DNA of 14,198 nucleotides from Selaginella moellendorffii (Eukaryota; Plantae; Lycopodiophyta): NCBI RefSeq assembly GCF_000143415.4, contig NW_003314345.1, positions 1 to 14,198 of the forward strand, read 5' to 3'. Shown piece by piece: positions 8,340 to 14,198 of this stretch (position 1 is its first letter; each line of letters starts with the position of its first letter). The notes under the pieces were generated by a model. It saw only the letters and a program-made list of their open reading frames with translations, ran no database searches and was not told where the DNA came from. The position numbers and the translations under genes were made by a program.

Positions 8340-9850
8340 CAACATTTGCAGGCTAGTTGATAGCATTCGCAAGAGCTATTAATAAACTTTGACAGCTATT
8401 TGTTCCAAACCCTGATCTAAGCTCTCATTATCAAAAACTATCCCCATGATTTGTAAGTGAAAATAAAGCCACTTGACTAAGTACTTGCTCGAAGCCCTCA
8501 CAAGTGTCATTTGGTTGGAAGTTGTGCTTTGCATCCTTTGAACAACAATATCGAGAAAATGGGGATATATATTGCAAAAACAAAAAACTAAAACCAAATG
8601 AATTCTTAATTTATTCTTGGGGTACCCAAACATGTTCCCCACCCGCCCTTATTAAACCGATCTGTTAATGAAGCAGCCTCCAAATCGTTGCACTACAAAC
8701 AGGTTCTTCCAGTGCTTCATGCAAATCCACATGCCTCTGACTGACCACCGTGCCATATACGCACGTCAAAATCGAAGAAGAAATGAAGAAGTAACCTCAA
8801 GCCGCTCTCAACAGATGGCTGAAGTTCACCTGTTTTCCTCCTCCAATGATAGCAACAAGCAGATTGCAAAAACGAAGTGATGTTAAGTACCTGCTCACCA
8901 AAAGAAACACGAGCTCGAAATCCGAAATGTCACAGTATCACGTCAAAGCCCAGGCTGTCTGCTACAGGTTGAAAGCAGAAACAGTCCAATTCGCTGCGCC
9001 AATCAGAAGATAACGCTGAGCCCGTGAAGACATGTTCTCACTGCAGGTGCCACCCAAACAAACTTGATAGCAGCAGCTGCATCCAACGGCAGAAGCGTAC
9101 AAAAATGGTCACATATGCAAGAAACAGATCTGCAGAAACCAAAACANNNNNNNNNNNNNNNNNNNNNNNNNNNNNNNNNNNNNNNNNNNNNNNNNNNNNN
9201 NNNNNNNNNNNNNNNNNNNNNNNNNNNNNNNNNNNNNNNNNNNNNNNNNNNNNNNNNNNNNNNNNNNNNNNNNNNNNNNNNNNNNNNNNNNNNCCTATAG
9301 CGAAATACCCAGCCTGATGAAGAAGAATCACGTCGATGCACACTCGCGAAGAAAATGCAGCCACTCGCAACATGCGGTCGCCGAATTGAAGCAAAAGTAT
9401 GAAGAACCTCCCGAAAGCCGTTGGTGTGAGTGAGCAGAGTATACACATGAAGCCTGATGTCTGTAGAGACCTGCCATGTCCTCACAGCAGCATATCCTCA
9501 AGAATAAGGTCGCAAAAAGCACATAAACCATGAAAGGCTCCCCTGCTGCAGATGCCGCCTAAAAAAAAATGGTAATTGCACACAAAGGCAATCGATAGAT
9601 GCTTGCAGAGGGCCTCTACTTTCCTGAGGTCGAAAGTAACGAAATTTTTATCATATCCGTGAGAAAAACGTGAGCCCATCCACTGCGCGCAGATCCGCAT
9701 AGGCAACGCAATATCTCCTACATCCGATGTCGAAACTGACCGATTTTTGGCGATCTGGAAAGCCCAAAACACGAAAAGCCGAACCAGCAGCTCCGCGATT
9801 GATTCCATCGCCAGATCTCTTCAAAGCAGCCATCATCATCGAATAGCTCC
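8340..9850 (-). other. Possible multi-exon minus-strand gene or remnant, unidentified
   Basis: CpG-retaining segment with several T-rich...AG acceptor-like sites on the minus strand and an ATG run near 9839. I could not build a coherent frame, and a gap interrupts the region. Confidence 0.25.
9147..9293. other. Assembly gap (N run)
   Basis: N run. Confidence 1.
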
Positions 9851-11324
9851 TAATTGAGACAAGGAGGCTAGTGAGTCCCCAACTCCCGCCTTGAAACTCT
9901 AGAGCAGCCGCCTTCCTCCCAGCTCTTCAACCAAAACCCCGCCCTTGCCCTTGAACAACAATATTGAAGGAGTCTCTCAATACTCCGTGCTTAACCCAAA
10001 AAGGGAGAGAATTTAACAATCACACCTATCAAAACTTTGAGTACTATGTGGTTCTAATGTCTTTTAAACTTGGGAATTCCTTTTGAACCAAGATAATCAT
10101 TCCATTGCATCATAGCTTTAATTAAATGTCATCTTGAATTTGCCATACACAGGTTTTTAGCTGTATAGTTCCGAAAAACAAAAGAACATTGAAGATCTGG
10201 CTTATTAATATAATTAGAGATTAGTTAAAAGTTAAACATAAACTATGTGCATATTATACTTCTCTCCTCTCGTCCATTTGAACTATTCGTGTGCAAGCTC
10301 CAGGATAACCTCAATGGACTCGTGGGGACCAACTTTTCAAACTGTACATAAGGACCAGCTTTTTCAGACTCTAGCATCTCTCTTCTGGCCACACACACAA
10401 GGACGTCCTCTCTCACTCTAGAGTGCAAAGTGACCTGCTTCGTCAAAAGTGCAAAGTGACCAAAAGCTGCAATGTAGGCAAAGAATTGAGCTGATGCAGT
10501 CACTGCTTTGCCTCTGCAGTCCATAAAAATTCTCAGATTGATTGTGGACAGAACAAACTATGAAGTTTTACTTACTCTTTTTCACACTGAGCTTTGGCTC
10601 CAAACACTTGCACATTGCCATGTTCTTAACCCATCCAAACATTCTATGTGCATACGTCTTTTGATCCTCTTTTAGTTTCCTCATGTCTGCAGTAGAATCC
10701 AGAGACAAACATCAAGCGATTGAAAATGAAACAGCACAAATGAAACAACACTTTTTTTATGCATATATTTTATAAAAATGGGAATATATTGATATTGTAA
10801 GTGATATTGAAGAAAATCATGTAAATTTTTATATAGGCCTTAACCTAAACTATAAGATTAATATAAAATAAATAGATTATAATACTATAGAATGAAATAT
10901 AGAAAAAATCATGGTGAAAAGTTTTGAGGGATAATGGGTTTAGTATTCTTCAGATTTGTAAAAAAGCTAATTGAGTTTTTTTATAAATGGAATTCTTGTC
11001 AATTAAAGCATATAATTAGTCCAGGTCATCATTTGTAACTGTAGGGAGGGATGCAAAAAATGTCTTAGTCTGCCGAGAAGACTTATACAACACTACCAGT
11101 AAATCAATCTAATTCTTGAAGTGTTATTACAATTAGTTAAATGGATCTGACTAATACATTATTGACACTAAATAATATAACGAAATTTTGATACAAAATT
11201 GTATACTCATGTTGATTATGTGTGTGGAGAGTGTATGGAGAGCTGCTTATTATTGAAAAACTAGTTTTGGATCAGTAGAGAGAAGCTGTTTCCATTCTTC
11301 CGGAAATGGGATTCACCCAAACCA

Positions 11325-11867
11325 GTGCCAAATTTCTCGATGGTGAGAATTGCTCATCACCTACTGAGCATGGCAAAGTTTCTCAAGTCAGAGTTCTCCT
11401 TGTTCAATATCTCCTACCAGTCTGTTAACAAGTTCCATGGTGCAATGCTCCTAGCCACCATGGAATCAAGGCATGCTGGTTATGTCCTTTGCTCTCCACA
11501 CACGTCTTATAGGTGGATGTGGATGCATAATTTCATGTTTTTATTCTCAAAGTTTTGGTTTTGTTATAACAAATAGTTTGTTCATATTAGGTTTCTGAGT
11601 TCATGTTGAAGAATGGAGTGCACAGTGGATGGGCTGAAAAAGGTCAGAGACAACCTAGAGGAGGAAATTGTGCTGAGGATTACAAAACTGGATTCCAAAC
11701 CTGGTGCTATTGCGGGAAAGATTTGTGTAACTGATGAAAATAAAATTATGGAAGCATATGCATCCTTTCATATGGCATATGCCCAAATCAACATTTTTAC
11801 ATCCTTTATACTCCTCTATAGCAATGGCTTTGTCAGGCATATGCTTCCAAGCCCCACACTACAGTGA
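11325..11867 (+). pseudogene. Possible two-exon gene remnant of unknown family
   Basis: A T-rich GT..AG segment at 11513-11590 (78 nt) links two same-frame ORFs (HTSYR|FLSSC*RMECTVDGLKKVRDNLEEEIVLRI). One in-frame TGA remains. Confidence 0.3.
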
Positions 11868-12406
11868 GCATAGTTTTCATTTGTTTAAGAGTTTAGAAAT
11901 ATAATAGTGTTTGTTTGTTTTTTCAGATGAAAAAATGAACACAATTTATTAAGATTGTTACCATATTTATATTAAACCTCATAAGCCAAATTGTTCTAGA
12001 CATATTGAGAAATTATAAATTGATAAAATCTAAGAAATGTATCTATGTTTATTAATTAATATGTTAATAAACTTACATTCAAATAAAAAAGTATTAAAAA
12101 ACTTCATCGGTGTGTTACACAAATTATTGATTTCGAAAGATAAATTGAGTTGAGATTTTTATGAATAATAATTTATAAATACTAAATTTAAATATATTTA
12201 AACTTTAATTTTTTATATATGGTTTTTATAACATATTATCGAATTATTAAAATATAATAATTATAAAAATATGCATAATGGGAAATTTCACATTAACTTT
12301 ATTGTTTTTTAGCTTTAACTTCAATACATTTAACTCCAACTTCATCTAAAATAAAATAAATTTTTTGAATAACTGTAAATAATGTAACTTTTTAGCTCCA
12401 AGTTTA

Positions 12407-12423
12407 TAGGGTTTAGGGTTAGG
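12407..12423 (+). repeat. Short degenerate telomere-like tract TAGGGTTTAGGGTTAGG
   Basis: Lies at the abrupt end of a very AT-rich block. Confidence 0.7.
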
Positions 12424-13007
12424 CTGATACTGTAGGTGGTATCAGCTGTTCCTAATTCCTTTGTACGAAGCGTTTCAACCATTGCACATACACAATTTCT
12501 GGAGGATCGGCTTACTGGACGTCATGCCAAACCTCATAAATTTGTGGCCCAATTTGCCGCAACACCTAATATAGTCCTTTTCACTGAGTAAATAAACCAC
12601 ATATTGTAAGATGGGAAAAACAGACTAACACCAAGTCATCCACTTTATACTTTGCAAATGGACGATGATGGGAGTTGTAGTGTTGTTGTTGTCCCACATG
12701 TATACGGCCTAAGTGTTTAGCAGACTCCGCTTAGACAAGTGGAAGAATACTTGTCAAATACTGATCCCACGATTGTGAGACACAAAATCCCTAGGCCCCA
12801 AAGTGGAGCCAAAAGGGCGTCATGTGGTAGTGGCCAAAGCGAAAGCCAAACAAGCGTAGCACGTTTGGACTAAAAGCTCCGACTTGAAGGGTCGAGAGCG
12901 GGAGTGGAACTCTCAACAAAGTGCTCAAGGAATGAGCACAAAGCGAGCAATAAGCAAGGCTCCAAAAAGGGACCCAAAAGGACCAACACATGACACATGG
13001 AAGTGTC

Positions 13008-13297
13008 CGAGATGGACCCGAGATGGAGTCCGAGATGGACCCGAGATGGAGTCTGAGATGGAGTCCGAGATGGACCTAAGATGGAGTCCGAGATGGAGTC
13101 CGAGATGGACCTGAGATGGAGTCCAAGATGGAGTCTGAGATGGACCTGAGATGGATCCGAGATGGAGTCCGAGATGGAGTCCAAGATGGACCCGAGATGG
13201 AGTTCGAGATGGACCCGAGATGGAGTCTGAGATGGAGTCTGAGATGGACCCGAGATGGAGTCCGAGATGGAGTCCGAGATGGACCCGAGATGGAGTC
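13008..13297 (+). repeat. Minisatellite of 25 units, CGAGATGGAGTC (12 bp, x15) and CGAGATGGACC (11 bp, x10), mostly in a 35-bp 12+12+11 period
   Basis: Parsed unit by unit. Most variants fall at the CpG (TG/CA/TA). Confidence 0.95.
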
Positions 13298-13309
13298 CGA
13301 AGTCTAGAC

Positions 13310-13411
13310 CGAGACCGGGACTGAGACCGAGACCGAGATCAGGACCGAGACAGAGACCGAGGCCGAGGCTGAGACCGAGCCCGAGCCCGAGTTCGAGTCC
13401 GAGTCCGAGTT
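13310..13411 (+). repeat. Hexamer array of 17 units (CGAGAC grading into CGAGGC/CGAGCC/CGAGTC)
   Basis: Directly visible. Confidence 0.92.
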
Positions 13412-14198
13412 TGAGAGGGTGAAAGCCCAAAGCGTTCGTCTCCCAGACCCTAGGGGGTTTGGTGAGCTCCAAAAGTATAGTGAGGGGGAGGACTGCAATG
13501 GAGCCAGTTTGGCCAGGAAAGGCCAATTTGGCCCAGGAAGGCTGTACCCAGTGTTGGGTGAAGAGCTGCCCACTGGGAAGTCCAAGACTAGAGCGAACAC
13601 AAATCGACAAGCAGGGTAGCTTAGTGAAGTGTTCAAGAGCCGGCTCTAGTTCCCCCGAGAGATCGACTGGCCGATGCTCCCAGTCCAAGTGTGGGTGGCA
13701 CTACCTACTTGGATACCTGACGTGGCTCAACGGAACCTTGCTCTAAGCCCATGGCTAAAGCACCTAAAGGTAGAAGGCGAGGGGAGTACCCACGAGGCCC
13801 GCATAGGGCCACGATGTTCCGAAATGTTGCCCCAAAGTCCCAGACTGTGGAAAGGAAGAGGAGTAGCCCTCTGGTGTGGTGACCAAGGACACAATCACAC
13901 AGTGAGGAAGTCCCAAAGGACAGTTGGACTTAGTGGTCAGGCTTGTGGGCCTTGATCCAGTGGCAGTGTCGGCAAACACGGCCATGGACAGCAAGGGACT
14001 TGGTGGGAACCAGAAAGGAGACATTTGGGAAGGCTATTCCCCATGTTTGCTGGCATCTTGAGGATGTTATGGAGTGGATCTGGGATAGCCACTCATGGAT
14101 GGATGGCCTAGTCTTTGAGAGATGAGATTGTAATGCAGGCGGTGTTAGACTATCGATGTGACCAAGGTGAATGGGCATGGCCTAGCATAACGGGCTGG

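Larger units (their letters stand above)
12774..14198. mobile_element. Probable LTR or non-coding part of a retrotransposon, running off the window
   Basis: Begins TGTGAGACAC at a sharp switch to GC- and purine-rich sequence and interrupts a decayed frame. Contains CpG-decayed tandem arrays. No partner LTR, PBS or gag/pol is visible, so this is inference. Confidence 0.45.

Noticed and set aside
12437-12445. TGGTATCAG as a retroelement PBS
   Set aside because: Only a 9-nt match and not preceded by an LTR ending in CA.
12870-13688. 272-aa minus-strand ORF and overlapping ORFs
   Set aside because: Mostly translated tandem repeat with no recognisable domain.

Overview
Land-plant nuclear genomic DNA from a draft assembly with two N-gaps. 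The evidence is TTTAGGG repeats, a PLS-class PPR remnant, a MOT1-family remnant and 52-55 nt GT-AG introns; a compact lycophyte-like genome such as Selaginella is my inference. The one apparently intact gene is split across three ORFs in the track: complement(join(5702..5867,5920..6723,6779..7449)), 546 aa. It reads as a SAM-like header, a PD-(D/E)XK/REase-like domain with apparently substituted catalytic residues, an atypical HGD/DFG kinase and a C-terminal KKRKR NLS. This is a Crinkler/RHS (CR)-effector-like architecture. A (TTTAGGG)4 tract lies about 40 bp upstream of its ATG. The gene sits among decayed sequence: a TRIM retroelement (2580-3798) carrying a tandem array of PPT/partial-LTR units and inserted into an older palindrome-repeat region, PPR and molybdate-transporter pseudogenes, a hAT-like MITE that truncates the MOT gene, TA microsatellites, a 178-bp direct duplication, and a probable LTR with 11/12-mer and 6-mer arrays at the right end.
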